This document shows, in pieces, positions 37,220-48,066 of a stretch of 64,000 nt of DNA (positions are counted from its first letter, which is position 1; the number at the start of each line of letters is the position of its first letter). The DNA comes from Caulobacteraceae bacterium. Its GTDB lineage: Bacteria > Pseudomonadota > Alphaproteobacteria > Caulobacterales > Caulobacteraceae. The notes below the pieces were generated by a model, which was not told the origin of the DNA, made no database searches, and was given only the letters and a program-made list of their open reading frames with translations. Location of the stretch: positions 1,329,361 to 1,393,360 of the forward strand of contig OZ240678.1 of assembly GCA_965198905.1 (NCBI GenBank). Direction: 5' to 3'. The position numbers were made by a program, and so were the translations under genes.

Positions 37220-38467
37220 GTGGAAAAGTGGAAGTTCCTCCTCCAGCAGCTGTCGCAGCGGCTGTGGCTGCGCGCTTCGCTCTACGCGGCCTTGGGGATC
37301 GCCGTCGCCTTGTCGGCGGCGGCCTTTTCCCCGTTCGTGCCCGCCTCGGTCGCCAAGCCTTTCGGCGGCGGGACGGTGAACAGCCTGCTGAATGTGCTGG
37401 CCACCAGCCTGCTGGCGGTGGCGACCTTTTCGGTGGCGGCGATGCTGACCGCCTACACCAACGTCGCTCAGGGCGCGTCCCCCCGAGCCGCCACCCTGAT
37501 CACCGGCGACAGCCAGGCGCAGTCGGCCCTGGCCACCTTCGTAGGCGCCTTCCTCTATTCGGTGGTGGCGTTCAGCGCCAACGGGACCGGCTATTACGGC
37601 AGCGGCGGACGGGCGATCGTCTTCTTCGTCACGCTCGGCGTGCTGGCGCTGGTGGCCATCAACCTGCTGCGATGGCTGGACCAGCTGCTCAGCCTGGCGC
37701 GGGTCGGCCACGCCATCGCCCGGGTGGAGGAGGCGACCTCGGAGGCGATGAAGAGCCCCTTCGGCCGTTCGGCCCCGCCGGACGCCGAGCCGCCGCCGGG
37801 GGTGCGCTCCATCTATCCGCGCTCCATCGGCTATGTGCAGAACGTCGATATCCACGCACTGGCCAAGCTGGCCGAGCGCGACGGGCTGCAGATCTGGGTC
37901 GAGGGGCCGCCCGGCGCCTTCGCCGAGCCCAGCCGCGTGCTGGCCAGGGTCCAGGGCGAGGTCAGCGCCGATTGCGAGACCGATATCGAGGGCGCCTTCG
38001 CCATCGGTCACGAGCGCTCCTTCTCCCAGGACCCGCGCTTCGGCTTCATCGTGCTGGGCCAGATCGCCTCCAAGGCGCTGTCGCCCGGGATCAACGACCC
38101 CGGCACCGCCATCGATGTGGCCGCCAGCGCCGTGCGCCTGCTCAGGGCGTGGCTCCAGCCGGAGATGGAGCATCCCAAACAGCCCGCCGAAAGGGTCAGG
38201 GTCTCGCGCCCCCCGTTCGAGGTCCTGCTGCGCGACGTGTTCGAGCCGATTGCGCTCGACGGCTCGGGGAGCCTGCTGGTCTCCATGCGCCTGCAGCGCG
38301 CCATGGCCGCCCTCGCCCACATCGCCGAGCCGGACGACCAGCGCGCCATCCGCCGCTTCGCCGAAGAGTCGCTGCAACGCAGCGACAAGGCGATGGACTT
38401 CGACTTCGACCGAAAGCGGGTCAGGGGGGCGTCCGGCGGGCTGCTGGCCGACCAAGGGGTTGGCTAG
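37220..38467 (+). CDS. DUF2254-like membrane protein
   Basis: 415 aa. Four N-terminal TM helices, then a soluble domain (GINDPGTAIDV...). Family assignment is from memory of the DUF2254 architecture. GTG start. Confidence 0.5.
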   Translation: MEKWKFLLQQLSQRLWLRASLYAALGIAVALSAAAFSPFVPASVAKPFGGGTVNSLLNVLATSLLAVATFSVAAMLTAYTNVAQGASPRAATLITGDSQAQSALATFVGAFLYSVVAFSANGTGYYGSGGRAIVFFVTLGVLALVAINLLRWLDQLLSLARVGHAIARVEEATSEAMKSPFGRSAPPDAEPPPGVRSIYPRSIGYVQNVDIHALAKLAERDGLQIWVEGPPGAFAEPSRVLARVQGEVSADCETDIEGAFAIGHERSFSQDPRFGFIVLGQIASKALSPGINDPGTAIDVAASAVRLLRAWLQPEMEHPKQPAERVRVSRPPFEVLLRDVFEPIALDGSGSLLVSMRLQRAMAALAHIAEPDDQRAIRRFAEESLQRSDKAMDFDFDRKRVRGASGGLLADQGVG

Positions 38468-38516
38468 GGCCGCCTAAATCGCCGACCTTACGTTCGGCCG
38501 TGCGATCAATGCCCTG

Positions 38517-38563
38517 CGTCATCCTGAGGAGCCCCGAAGGGGCGTCGCGAAGGACGCGAGCCC
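38517..38563. repeat. Family-C variant half-element (gtcatcctgagg...cgaaggacg)
   Basis: tgcgtcatcctgaggagccccgaaggggcgtcgcgaaggacgcgagc, with an inner hairpin ccccgaagggg. Lies between convergent genes. Confidence 0.6.
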
Positions 38564-40114
38564 TCACGCCGGCGCCACCCCCGCCGCCGGGGAGAGCCTG
38601 AAGGCCGCGCCGCCGCCTCCGGTCGCCGTCACGCCCATTCCCGAGGCGCGCAGCACGGCGGCGGCGGCCGTGGCCCGGCGCTGGTCGAGGGTCGGTTGCG
38701 GCGGCGGGCTCGCGCCCCCCGGCAGTCCGGGTACGCCGAGCGTCGCGACGTTCCAGCGCCTGGCCGCCCACGCCGATGTGGTGACCGCCGCCTGCGCCGC
38801 GGCGTCGAGCGTATCGTCGCGCCGAGCGAAACGGATCACGGGGAGCGGCTGCAGCGGCGGGGTGATCTGGACGTCCCAGCCCTGGGCCACGGCGGCCTGG
38901 GCGCGGGCCTCCAGCGCCCGATAGGTGGCGAGGTCGGCGCCCGGCAGGGGGATGGCGGCGGCCACGGCGCGCTGATGGTCGGCGTCGACGACCACGGCGT
39001 CCGCCGACACGCCGGCGGCGAGCGCGACGATGTCGGAAACGGAGCGGACCTTGGCCTGGGCCGCCGCTATGTCTTGCGCCTGGCTCAGGCTGGCGCGCTG
39101 AGCTTCGAGGCTGTCGGCGCCCCCCTGCAACAGCACCTGGTCCACCTGCACCGCGACCTTGCGGTGGAGCTTCTTCTCCAAGCCGCCGCGCAGGGTCCCG
39201 CTCGGGACCGCCCGGGTGGGGGCCGCGATGACCACGGCGCGCACCGCGATCGGCTCGGCGCCAAAATCCACGGCGAGCTGGCTGACCCGGGCCTGCGGGC
39301 CGAACCGCTTCACCAGATAGCTGCGCACCTCGCCGACCGTCACCGCCTCCTTGGCGATGCGGCCGAGCGATAGGGCGAGCGGCACGGCCATGGCCACGAA
39401 CACCAGGATCAGCAGCACCGTCTGGGTCAGGGTCTGGCTGCGGGTGAGATGGCCCCCGAACCCGTACAGCCGCGCCATGATGGTGGCGGACAGCGCGATG
39501 GTGACGAAGTTGGTCCCATACAGCGCCAGCGAGCCGAACAGCACCGCCATGTTCTGGGTAGCGAGGCCATAGCCGACGACCGCCAGCGGCGGCATCAGGG
39601 CGGTGGCGATGGCGACGCCGGTGATGGTCTCGCCGCGTCCCCGGATGATGGCGAAGCTGCCGGCCAGGGACGCGAACAGCGCCACCAGCAGGTCGAACAG
39701 ATTGGGACGGGTGCGCGACAGTATCTCCGCCGTCGCAGCCTTCAGCGGCGAAGCCAGCACCACCAGGGCGGTGAACAGCACCGCCAGGACCGAGCCGACC
39801 GCCAGCGCCAGCAGCGAGCGGCGCATTTCGCGAAAGTCGAACAGCGCCAGACTGAAGCCCAGGCCCAGGATGGGGTTCATCAACGGCGAGATCAGCATGG
39901 CGCCGATGACGACCGCGGGCGAGGACAGCAACAGCCCCAGCACCGCGATCCCGGCCGACATCAGGATCATGAAGGCGTGCCGCGGGCTCCAGCCGCTCTC
40001 CTCCACAATGCGGGCGACCACGCGATCGTGCTCGACGCCTCGGGTCAGCGCAGCGCGCCAACGATCGTACATCGAAGGGGACACGTCGCCTGGAGCGCCT
40101 TCGATCGCCTGCAT
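38564..40114 (-). CDS. DUF389 domain membrane protein with extended C-terminal region
   Basis: 516 aa. SPRHAFMILMSAGIAVLGLLLSSPAVVIGAMLISPLMNPILGLG is the DUF389 signature. Multiple TM helices, then a ~200-aa Ala-rich C-terminal domain. Confidence 0.7.
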   Translation of the reverse strand: MQAIEGAPGDVSPSMYDRWRAALTRGVEHDRVVARIVEESGWSPRHAFMILMSAGIAVLGLLLSSPAVVIGAMLISPLMNPILGLGFSLALFDFREMRRSLLALAVGSVLAVLFTALVVLASPLKAATAEILSRTRPNLFDLLVALFASLAGSFAIIRGRGETITGVAIATALMPPLAVVGYGLATQNMAVLFGSLALYGTNFVTIALSATIMARLYGFGGHLTRSQTLTQTVLLILVFVAMAVPLALSLGRIAKEAVTVGEVRSYLVKRFGPQARVSQLAVDFGAEPIAVRAVVIAAPTRAVPSGTLRGGLEKKLHRKVAVQVDQVLLQGGADSLEAQRASLSQAQDIAAAQAKVRSVSDIVALAAGVSADAVVVDADHQRAVAAAIPLPGADLATYRALEARAQAAVAQGWDVQITPPLQPLPVIRFARRDDTLDAAAQAAVTTSAWAARRWNVATLGVPGLPGGASPPPQPTLDQRRATAAAAVLRASGMGVTATGGGGAAFRLSPAAGVAPA

Positions 40115-40171
40115 CCGACCATCTCAAGGCTTTAAGCGGACGGTGACAAGCCTTGGCCGTCAGACGCCGCG

Positions 40172-41248
40172 TCAGGCGAGCCGTCCCAGCCCCGCCTCCA
40201 GGGCTTTGCGGAAGACGCTGGGCAGGCCTTCGCCGGCTTGGGCCTGCGGCGACCACGATCCGGTCGGGGGCGGGGCGTCCACCTCGGCGCGCAGCACCGT
40301 CAAGGTGAGCGCGAAGTGGGTGAAGACGTGCTCCACCTCGCCCACCGACACCCAGGCGCCGTCCGCGGGTGCGAGGTCCCGCGCCTCCCGCTCTGAGAAG
40401 GGCGCGCTTCGCCACGCGCTGGTGGGGAGCCCCGCCATACCGCCGAGCAGGCCCCGGGGCGGCCGGCGGACCAGCGCCACCTGCCCATCCCTCACCGCGA
40501 CATAGGCCACGCCGTAGCGACGCGGCCGCTCAAGCTTGGCGCGCTTGCGGGGGAGCAGCTCCGGCGCGCCTTCCGCCAAGCCCCGGCAGAAGCTGGCGAC
40601 CGGACATCGGGCGCAGAGGGGCTGGCGCGGCCGACAGACGGTGGCGCCGAGGTCCATGGTGGCCTGAGCCCAGTCGCCGGGCCGCGTGGTCGACGCGATC
40701 AGGGTCGCCAGCCGCTTCAGCTCGGGCCGGGCGTCCGGCAACGGGGCGTGGACAGCGAACAGGCGCGAGACCACGCGCTCCACATTGCCGTCCACCACCA
40801 CCGTCGCCCGGTCGAAGGCGATGGCCGCCACCGCCGCGGCGGTATAGGGGCCGAGCCCCGGCAGGGCCCGCAGCCCCGCCTCCGTATCGGGGAAAACCCC
40901 GCCCTGCGCCTGCGCCACCGCCCGGGCGCAGGCCAGCAGGTTGCGGGCCCGGGCGTAGTAGCCGAGGCCCGCCCAGGCGGCCATCACCTCGGCGTCGTCC
41001 GCCGCAGCGAGGTCGCTCACCTTGGGCCAGCGTTGGGTGAAGGCCTGGAAGTAGGGCGTCGCGTGCGGGACGGTGGTCTGCTGCAGCATGACCTCCGAAA
41101 GCCAGACCCGGTAGGGATCGGCGCGCGCGCCGGCGGCATGGGCCTGCGGTCCGACCCGCCAGGCGAGGGTGCGCGCGTGGGCGTCGTACCAGTTGAGCAG
41201 GGCGGCTTGCAGGGCGGCGACATCGGCGGGAGGCATCTGGCCGGTCAT
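40172..41248 (-). CDS. mutY: A/G-specific adenine DNA glycosylase MutY
   Basis: 358 aa. DPYRVWLSEVMLQQTTV, GLGYYARARNL, Fe-S cluster Cys-x6-Cys-x2-Cys-x5-Cys (CRPRQPLCARCPVASFC), and a NUDIX-like C-terminal domain. Confidence 0.92.
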   Translation of the reverse strand: MTGQMPPADVAALQAALLNWYDAHARTLAWRVGPQAHAAGARADPYRVWLSEVMLQQTTVPHATPYFQAFTQRWPKVSDLAAADDAEVMAAWAGLGYYARARNLLACARAVAQAQGGVFPDTEAGLRALPGLGPYTAAAVAAIAFDRATVVVDGNVERVVSRLFAVHAPLPDARPELKRLATLIASTTRPGDWAQATMDLGATVCRPRQPLCARCPVASFCRGLAEGAPELLPRKRAKLERPRRYGVAYVAVRDGQVALVRRPPRGLLGGMAGLPTSAWRSAPFSEREARDLAPADGAWVSVGEVEHVFTHFALTLTVLRAEVDAPPPTGSWSPQAQAGEGLPSVFRKALEAGLGRLA

Positions 41249-41316
41249 AGCCGGGTTTCACGCCGCTCGCGCCTGCGTGACGCGCGGGGCGGCGGCTTTT
41301 GCGCTAGGCTCCGGCC

Positions 41317-41859
41317 ATGCCTCGCCGCCTGCCGACGCCCGCCGAAGCCGCCGACATCCTGTCGCGAAAGCGCACCCGGCCTACCTTCCGCCCGCCGCCC
41401 CCGGCCGGAAAGGCGCTGGCCGGCTATCTCAAGACCCTGGACGCTAAGTTCAGCGGCGCGTCCGCCGGCCCGCGGGTGCTGATCCAGCGCTGGCGCGAGA
41501 TCGTCGGCGAGACCCTGTCGCGCCGCACCGAGCCGGTGAAGCTGATCCGCCCCCGCAAGGGCGGCCCGGCGACCCTGGAGGTGCGCGTGGACGGCCCCGC
41601 CGCCGCCTTGATCCAGCACCAGAGCGCCGACATCCTGGCGCGCGTGAACCTGACGCTGGGCGAAGGGACGGTGGACCGCCTGCGCATCGTCCAGGGCCCA
41701 GTTCGAGCGCCCGCCGCCACCACGCCCGCCCGCCGCAAACCGCCCCCGCTCGACGCCGCCCAGGAAGCCGAGATCGCCGCCGGCCTGACCGAAGCGCCGG
41801 AAGGCGGACTGAAAGCGGCGCTGCTGAAGCTCGGACGGGAAGTCACGCGACGAGGCTGA
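41317..41859 (+). CDS. DUF721 domain protein (DciA-like), divergent from mutY
   Basis: 180 aa. IQRWREIVGETLSRRTEPVKLIRPRKGGPATLEVRVDGPAAALIQHQSADILARVN is the DUF721 pattern. The mutY-DUF721 divergent pairing is common in alphaproteobacteria. Confidence 0.65.
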   Translation: MPRRLPTPAEAADILSRKRTRPTFRPPPPAGKALAGYLKTLDAKFSGASAGPRVLIQRWREIVGETLSRRTEPVKLIRPRKGGPATLEVRVDGPAAALIQHQSADILARVNLTLGEGTVDRLRIVQGPVRAPAATTPARRKPPPLDAAQEAEIAAGLTEAPEGGLKAALLKLGREVTRRG

Positions 41860-41861
41860 AG

Positions 41862-41939
41862 CCGCTTCTCCCTCCCCCTTGAGGGGAGGGTCGGGGTGGG
41901 GGTCAGCCGCCGCTGCAGAGGCCGAGTTCGATCTCCAGC
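41862..41939. repeat. 78-bp perfect direct repeat, copy 1 (family-B hairpin + 3' end of a DUF559 ORF)
   Basis: ccgcttctccctcccccttgaggggagggtcggggtgggggtcagccgccgctgcagaggccgagttcgatctccagc is identical, base for base, to 42080-42157. Confidence 0.9.
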
Positions 41940-42030
41940 GCGCCGAGTCCTGATAAGTGTTTGTTATCGAAAGCCCGACGAACGTGCACCGGCCCCCCAC
42001 CCCGACCCTCCCCTCCGGGGGGAGGGGGAT
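41903..42030 (-). pseudogene. Internally deleted DUF559 endonuclease-domain gene remnant
   Basis: The minus strand reads ...GEGRGGGPVHVRRAFDNKHLSGLGALEIELGLCSGG*. This keeps the first (GEGRGGGP-HVRRA) and last (LEIELGLCSGG*) residues of the intact neighbour at 42121-42534, but lacks the ~95-codon core. Confidence 0.6.
41993..42027. repeat. Family-B hairpin repeat, inverted orientation (B4)
   Basis: ccccccaccccgaccctcccctccggggggaggggg. Confidence 0.75.
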
Positions 42031-42079
42031 TGAGCCCTCCTCGGACATGGTGCGAAGAAACACGGTGAAGAAGTTGCGC

Positions 42080-42157
42080 CCGCTTCTCCCTCCCCCTTGA
42101 GGGGAGGGTCGGGGTGGGGGTCAGCCGCCGCTGCAGAGGCCGAGTTCGATCTCCAGC
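42080..42157. repeat. 78-bp perfect direct repeat, copy 2 (overlaps the 3' end of the intact DUF559 gene)
   Basis: Identical to 41862-41939. Confidence 0.9.
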
Positions 42158-42534
42158 ATGCGGACGACGTCGTCCCAGTCGTTGGCGACCTGCCAGTTTG
42201 AGAGCCGGATCGTGCGGTAGCCTTGCGCCGCAAGCCATGCGTCACGACGGCCGTCGTACGCCTCGTCGTGGGTGTGCCCGTCGATCTCGATGATCAGCTT
42301 GCGATCGTGGCAGGCGAAGTCGGCGATGTAGGGGCCGATGGGGACTTGGCGACGGAAGTGCAGGCCGCGGCTGCGACGGGTTTCGCGCAGCAGGGACCAG
42401 AGCTTCTTCTCGAACGGCGTGGCGGCGTTTCTGAGCTCGCGCGCCCGGCGGACGTGCAGCGGCCCCCCACCCCGACCCTCCCCTCGAAGGGGAGGGAGAC
42501 CTGCGCCACTTCCTGCCATGCCTGAACAAAGCAC
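42121..42534 (-). CDS. DUF559 (Vsr-like endonuclease fold) domain protein
   Basis: ARELRNAATPFEKKLWSLLR...GLHFRRQVPIGPYIADFACHDRKLIIEIDGHTHD...RDAWLAAQGYRTIRLSNWQV is the classic DUF559 pattern. The N-terminal ~25 codons are read through a family-B repeat, so the true start is uncertain. Confidence 0.8.
   Translation of the reverse strand: MLCSGMAGSGAGLPPLRGEGRGGGPLHVRRARELRNAATPFEKKLWSLLRETRRSRGLHFRRQVPIGPYIADFACHDRKLIIEIDGHTHDEAYDGRRDAWLAAQGYRTIRLSNWQVANDWDDVVRMLEIELGLCSGG
42463..42496. repeat. Family-B hairpin repeat, inverted orientation (B6), inside the 5' end of the DUF559 ORF
   Basis: ccccccaccccgaccctcccctcgaaggggaggg. Confidence 0.75.
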
Positions 42535-42555
42535 GCCAGGATTGCAGCCGCAATT

Positions 42556-42588
42556 CCCTCCCCCTTGAGGGGAGGGTCAGGGTGGGGG
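42556..42588. repeat. Family-B hairpin repeat (B7), between DUF559 and thiC
   Basis: ccctcccccttgaggggagggtcagggtggggg. Confidence 0.75.
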
Positions 42589-42599
42589 CGGTTCAGCCG

Positions 42600-44555
<1,956 letters not shown>

Positions 44556-44611
44556 GCAGCGCGGACATCGGCAGACCAGAGCCGCAACGAAAAGGAAAAT
44601 CACGGGCCCAA

Positions 44612-44698
44612 CTCGACGCCCCTGTTCCCTCCCTTCGCCGGCATGACCCGGATCAGGTTCGGCGGATCGCGGGACTACCCGCCTCTCAGCCGCTCAAG
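44612..44698 (-). promoter_or_regulatory. TPP (THI-box) riboswitch aptamer upstream of thiC
   Basis: The minus strand reads CUUGAGCGGCUGAGAGGCGGGUAGUCCCGCGAUCCGCCGAACCUGAUCCGGGUCAUGCCGGCGAAGGGAGGGAACAGGGGCGUCGAG. It contains the invariant CUGAGA and ACCUGAUCCGG-N-AUGCCGGCG-AGGGA cores, with P1 CUUGA(G)CG/CGUCGAG. A U-rich tract (GAUUUUCCUUUUCG, 44588-44601) follows. Confidence 0.9.
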
Positions 44699-44822
44699 CG
44701 CGGCCCTCCGGAGAACGCCCTACCTTAGATCGTGAAGGAAGGCGGGGGAACCCGCTTTCCGAGCTTGGCGGGAACATCGGCGACGCGGCCCCGTTCGCGC
44801 TGGGCAATCGCGGAGATATTCC

Positions 44823-45149
44823 ATGACGCCAGCTCTGAAGCCTATCTCCGGGGGCCTGGGGCTCGGCCTGATGCTGGCAGTGTCGATGACCACCCTGGCG
44901 ACCGCGCAGACCCCCATCTCCGGCCACGTGACGCCGAGCGGCGCTTTCGACCAGGAGCACCTGGGGCCCGGGGGTTTGCACAAGTGCCGGGCCTACAAGC
45001 AGGTTCGTCACCATAGCGACGAGATGCAGGCCAAGGACCATGGCCAGCTGACCCCAGGCGACACCAGGCGGCTGATTGCCGAGTTGAGCCGCGCCCGCCA
45101 CATGCCGCCCGCAAAGCTGACCCCCGCCGACTGCGGCGTGCCGCTGTGA
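44823..45149 (+). CDS. Small secreted hypothetical protein
   Basis: 108 aa. Signal peptide LGLGLMLAVSMTTLATAQT. Two Cys. No family recognised. Confidence 0.45.
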   Translation: MTPALKPISGGLGLGLMLAVSMTTLATAQTPISGHVTPSGAFDQEHLGPGGLHKCRAYKQVRHHSDEMQAKDHGQLTPGDTRRLIAELSRARHMPPAKLTPADCGVPL

Positions 45150-45276
45150 CCTAGCCCGACCTCGCAGCCCAGGTGGCTTGCTGCGTCGCCACACCCGCGA
45201 CGCCACTCTCCAGTAGAGGGTGGATAAGGCGTCGCGGCGCCGTAGGTGTCACGGATCGGTTTCGAGGCGCATCCTA

Positions 45277-46182
45277 TTAAAGGCGGGAGCCTTTCAACCG
45301 CGCGTAGACATCAGCCAAACCCCTCGCCAGAGGGATTTTAGGCTCGAACCCGATCTCGCGCCGAAGCATGTTTATATCCGCCACCAGCAACGGAGGCTCG
45401 TCGGGAGAAGTCGGCTTGGCGCCCAGCCGGACCAAGTCGTGACGTTGAGCGGCGTCAGCCAGGCGCTGCACCACGTCGCGGACGCTCACGGCGACACCTG
45501 AGCCGATGTTGAAGGGTCCGCAGAAGTCGTTCTCCAACGCGGCGACGAAGGCGCCCGCCACGTCGTCGACGTGGATGAAGTCGCGCCTCTGCCATCCTTC
45601 GCCCACTTCCGCCGGGCGTCCCTCGGCCAGCGCCCGGGCGACGTCGGCGACCAGCCTCCCGGCCGCCTCGTCCGGCCCGTAGAGCCAAAACACACGCCCC
45701 CACGCGACAGGAACCCCGAATTGGACGCCGGCGGCGCAGACCGCGCGCCTCACCGCGTCTTTAGCGGCGCCGTACAGCGTGGCCGGACCTATGGGAGAGT
45801 CCTCGGAAAGCCTCCCCTCGCCGGTCCAGTCGTATTCCGCCCCCGTGCCGGCCATCACCGCCCTACGGCCGCCGGCCTCGATAAAAGCGCTGCACAGCGA
45901 AAGGCTGGCGGCCGCCCAGTCCAGGTTGTCCGCCGCATGCCAGAACTTGCCGGGGGTGGCGTTCCAAGCCAGGTGCAAGAGATGCGTCGGACGCACCCTG
46001 GCGATCAGTTCACGCGCAGCGGCGGGCGCGAGAAGATCGACAGGCTCGAAACGGACCGAGCCAGGCGCCGCAGGATGGGGGCGACGGCTCGCCGCGACGA
46101 CCTCGAGGTCCGGCCGATCCGACAACCGGGAAACGACGCGGCGGCCGATAAAACCCGAAGCCCCGGTGACAAGGACCCTCAC
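45277..46182 (-). CDS. NAD-dependent epimerase/dehydratase family SDR (putative NDP-4-ketohexose reductase)
   Basis: 301 aa. VLVTGASGFIGRRV Rossmann motif, catalytic YGAAK. 4-nt overlap with the upstream epimerase gene. Confidence 0.8.
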   Translation of the reverse strand: MRVLVTGASGFIGRRVVSRLSDRPDLEVVAASRRPHPAAPGSVRFEPVDLLAPAAARELIARVRPTHLLHLAWNATPGKFWHAADNLDWAAASLSLCSAFIEAGGRRAVMAGTGAEYDWTGEGRLSEDSPIGPATLYGAAKDAVRRAVCAAGVQFGVPVAWGRVFWLYGPDEAAGRLVADVARALAEGRPAEVGEGWQRRDFIHVDDVAGAFVAALENDFCGPFNIGSGVAVSVRDVVQRLADAAQRHDLVRLGAKPTSPDEPPLLVADINMLRREIGFEPKIPLARGLADVYARLKGSRL

Positions 46183-46709
46183 GGCCGCCAGTCGGGATAG
46201 GTCGCGTCACGCTGTGACAGGAGGGGACCGGAAAGGGGCCACTCGATCGCGACGGCAGGATCGTTCCAGCGCAGGCCCTCGCCGTGGCCTGGCCGATAGG
46301 CGGGGGTGATCTGATAAAGCACGTCGCTGTCGTCTTCCAAGGTCTGGAAGCCGTGGGCGATCCCGGCGGGGACATAAAGCCCGACGCCATTCTCGGCGCT
46401 CAACGTGGCCGCCACCCACTTCAAATAGGTCGGTGATTGTCGCCTCAGATCGACCGCGACGTCGAACACCGCGCCCCTGACGCAGCGGACAAACTTCGCT
46501 TCCGCATATGGGTCGGGCTGGTAGTGGAGGCCCCGCAACGTAGCTCTATGGATGTTGCGCGACAGGCTGGACTGCTCGAACATCTCAGGAAGGCCGTGCG
46601 CGCGGAACTCGTCTGCGCAGAAGACCCTCGCGAAGTAACCGCGGTCGTCCGTGTTGGGGGTGAGCGACACTCTGTAAACCCCGGAGATGAAGGTCTCCTC
46701 AAAGGTCAT
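46179..46709 (-). CDS. RmlC-fold NDP-4-keto-6-deoxyhexose 3,5- (or 3- / 5-) epimerase family protein
   Basis: 176 aa. DDRGYFARVF, LRGLHYQ, EAKFVRCVRGAVFDVAVDLR, LYVPAGIAHGFQTLED. Confidence 0.85.
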   Translation of the reverse strand: MTFEETFISGVYRVSLTPNTDDRGYFARVFCADEFRAHGLPEMFEQSSLSRNIHRATLRGLHYQPDPYAEAKFVRCVRGAVFDVAVDLRRQSPTYLKWVAATLSAENGVGLYVPAGIAHGFQTLEDDSDVLYQITPAYRPGHGEGLRWNDPAVAIEWPLSGPLLSQRDATYPDWRP

Positions 46710-46830
46710 CTTATAGCGCCCTCAATCAGCCGTCTTGCGCCGCCGGGCGCGGAACGCCTGTCCACCGCCGCAGATCGCCGCGTGCAAAGCAAACGTGAGC
46801 GCTTCATCCGGACATCCAGGCCGCCGCTGC

Positions 46831-48066
46831 CTAATGTATTTCGACCATCGGTATGGGCGTGACGAATTTGCCGCCCCACTCTCGAACGGCTTGCATTTGA
46901 CTTATGATCTCGTCCTTGAGGTTCCAGGGAAGGATGAGCACGTAGTCCGGGCGACGTTCAAAGATGACTTCAGGCCGTTCGATCGGAATCCGCACGCCGG
47001 GGAGAAGCTTGCCCACCTTATGAGGGCTCCGATCCACGGTGAACTCCAGTAGATCGGGCTTCACGCCGCAGTAATTCAAGAGCGTGTTCCCCTTCGCCGG
47101 CGCGCCATAGCCGACCACGGATTTTCCTTGCCGGCGCGCCTCTATGAGAAAGTCCAGCAGATCGCACTTGGCCGAGATCACGGACTCGGAGAAGCGGCGA
47201 TAGGTGTCGAGGTCAGCCAGACCGGCCGCCTCCTCGCGCTGCAGCATCTCAGCGATCGCCGGCATGTCGGGTCGCGCCACATCTTCGGCGTGACAGACGT
47301 AGAGGCGTAGCGACCCTCCGTGGGTCGTAAGCTCTTCCATGTCATAAACCCGCATTCCATGCGCCGCGAAAATCTTCCTGGCGACCGTCAGCGACAGATA
47401 TGAAAAATGCTCGTGATAGATAGTATCGAACTGGCGGTGCTCGATCTGACTGAGTAGGTGGGGGAACTCTACGTTGGCCAGTCCGCCTGGCTTTAGGAGG
47501 ATGGGGTATCCGGAGACGAAATCATTGATGTCAGGAACATGAGCGAGGACATTGTTGGCGGCCATCAGGTCGGCTCGCACCCCCCGGTCCACCAGACGCT
47601 GCGCGGTTTCGCGGCCGAAGAAGGCGATCTCCGTCGCAACCCCTCGCTCCTCCATGGCCACGCGCGCAGTGTTGGCCGTCGGTTCGACGCCAAGGACCGG
47701 AACGCCCGCGTGCCTGAAATACTGTAGAAGATAGCCGTCGTTGGACGCGATCTCGACAACCATGGACGCCGGCCCGAGCGCCTCCTGTCGGATCATCGTC
47801 TTCGCATACGCCTCAGCATGGCGTAGCCAGGAGTCCGAATAGGAGGAGAAGTAGGCGTAATCATCCGAAAACATGCTTTCGGCCTTCTCGAAATCTATCA
47901 GCTGAACGAGAAAGCAGCTTTCGCAGACATAGGCATGGAGAGGATAGAACGGCTCCATGGCCTGGGCCCTCTCACGCGCGACATAATTATTCGAGATCGG
48001 CGACATCCCGAGATCAGCGAAGGTCACGTTCAACGGTGCGGAGCAGAAGCGACAATTGCGGCTCAT
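46831..48066 (-). CDS. NDP-hexose C-methyltransferase-type enzyme (Zn-ribbon + class I SAM MTase + C-methyltransferase C-terminal domain)
   Basis: 411 aa. N-terminal CRFCSAPL...YVCESCFLVQ (4-Cys Zn site), SAM motif VVEIASNDG, long C-terminal domain (VVGYGAPAKGNTLLNYCG...DRSPHKVGKLLPG..IPI). The architecture is as in TylC3-type sugar C-methyltransferases. ATGA overlap with rfbG. Confidence 0.75.
   Translation of the reverse strand: MSRNCRFCSAPLNVTFADLGMSPISNNYVARERAQAMEPFYPLHAYVCESCFLVQLIDFEKAESMFSDDYAYFSSYSDSWLRHAEAYAKTMIRQEALGPASMVVEIASNDGYLLQYFRHAGVPVLGVEPTANTARVAMEERGVATEIAFFGRETAQRLVDRGVRADLMAANNVLAHVPDINDFVSGYPILLKPGGLANVEFPHLLSQIEHRQFDTIYHEHFSYLSLTVARKIFAAHGMRVYDMEELTTHGGSLRLYVCHAEDVARPDMPAIAEMLQREEAAGLADLDTYRRFSESVISAKCDLLDFLIEARRQGKSVVGYGAPAKGNTLLNYCGVKPDLLEFTVDRSPHKVGKLLPGVRIPIERPEVIFERRPDYVLILPWNLKDEIISQMQAVREWGGKFVTPIPMVEIH

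Noticed and set aside
37145-40415. 436-aa and 664-aa minus-strand ORFs (37145-38455, 38421-40415) and alternate plus-strand frames over DUF2254/DUF389
   Set aside because: They are Arg/Pro/Gly-rich without TM or domain signatures. The chosen frames encode coherent multi-TM proteins.
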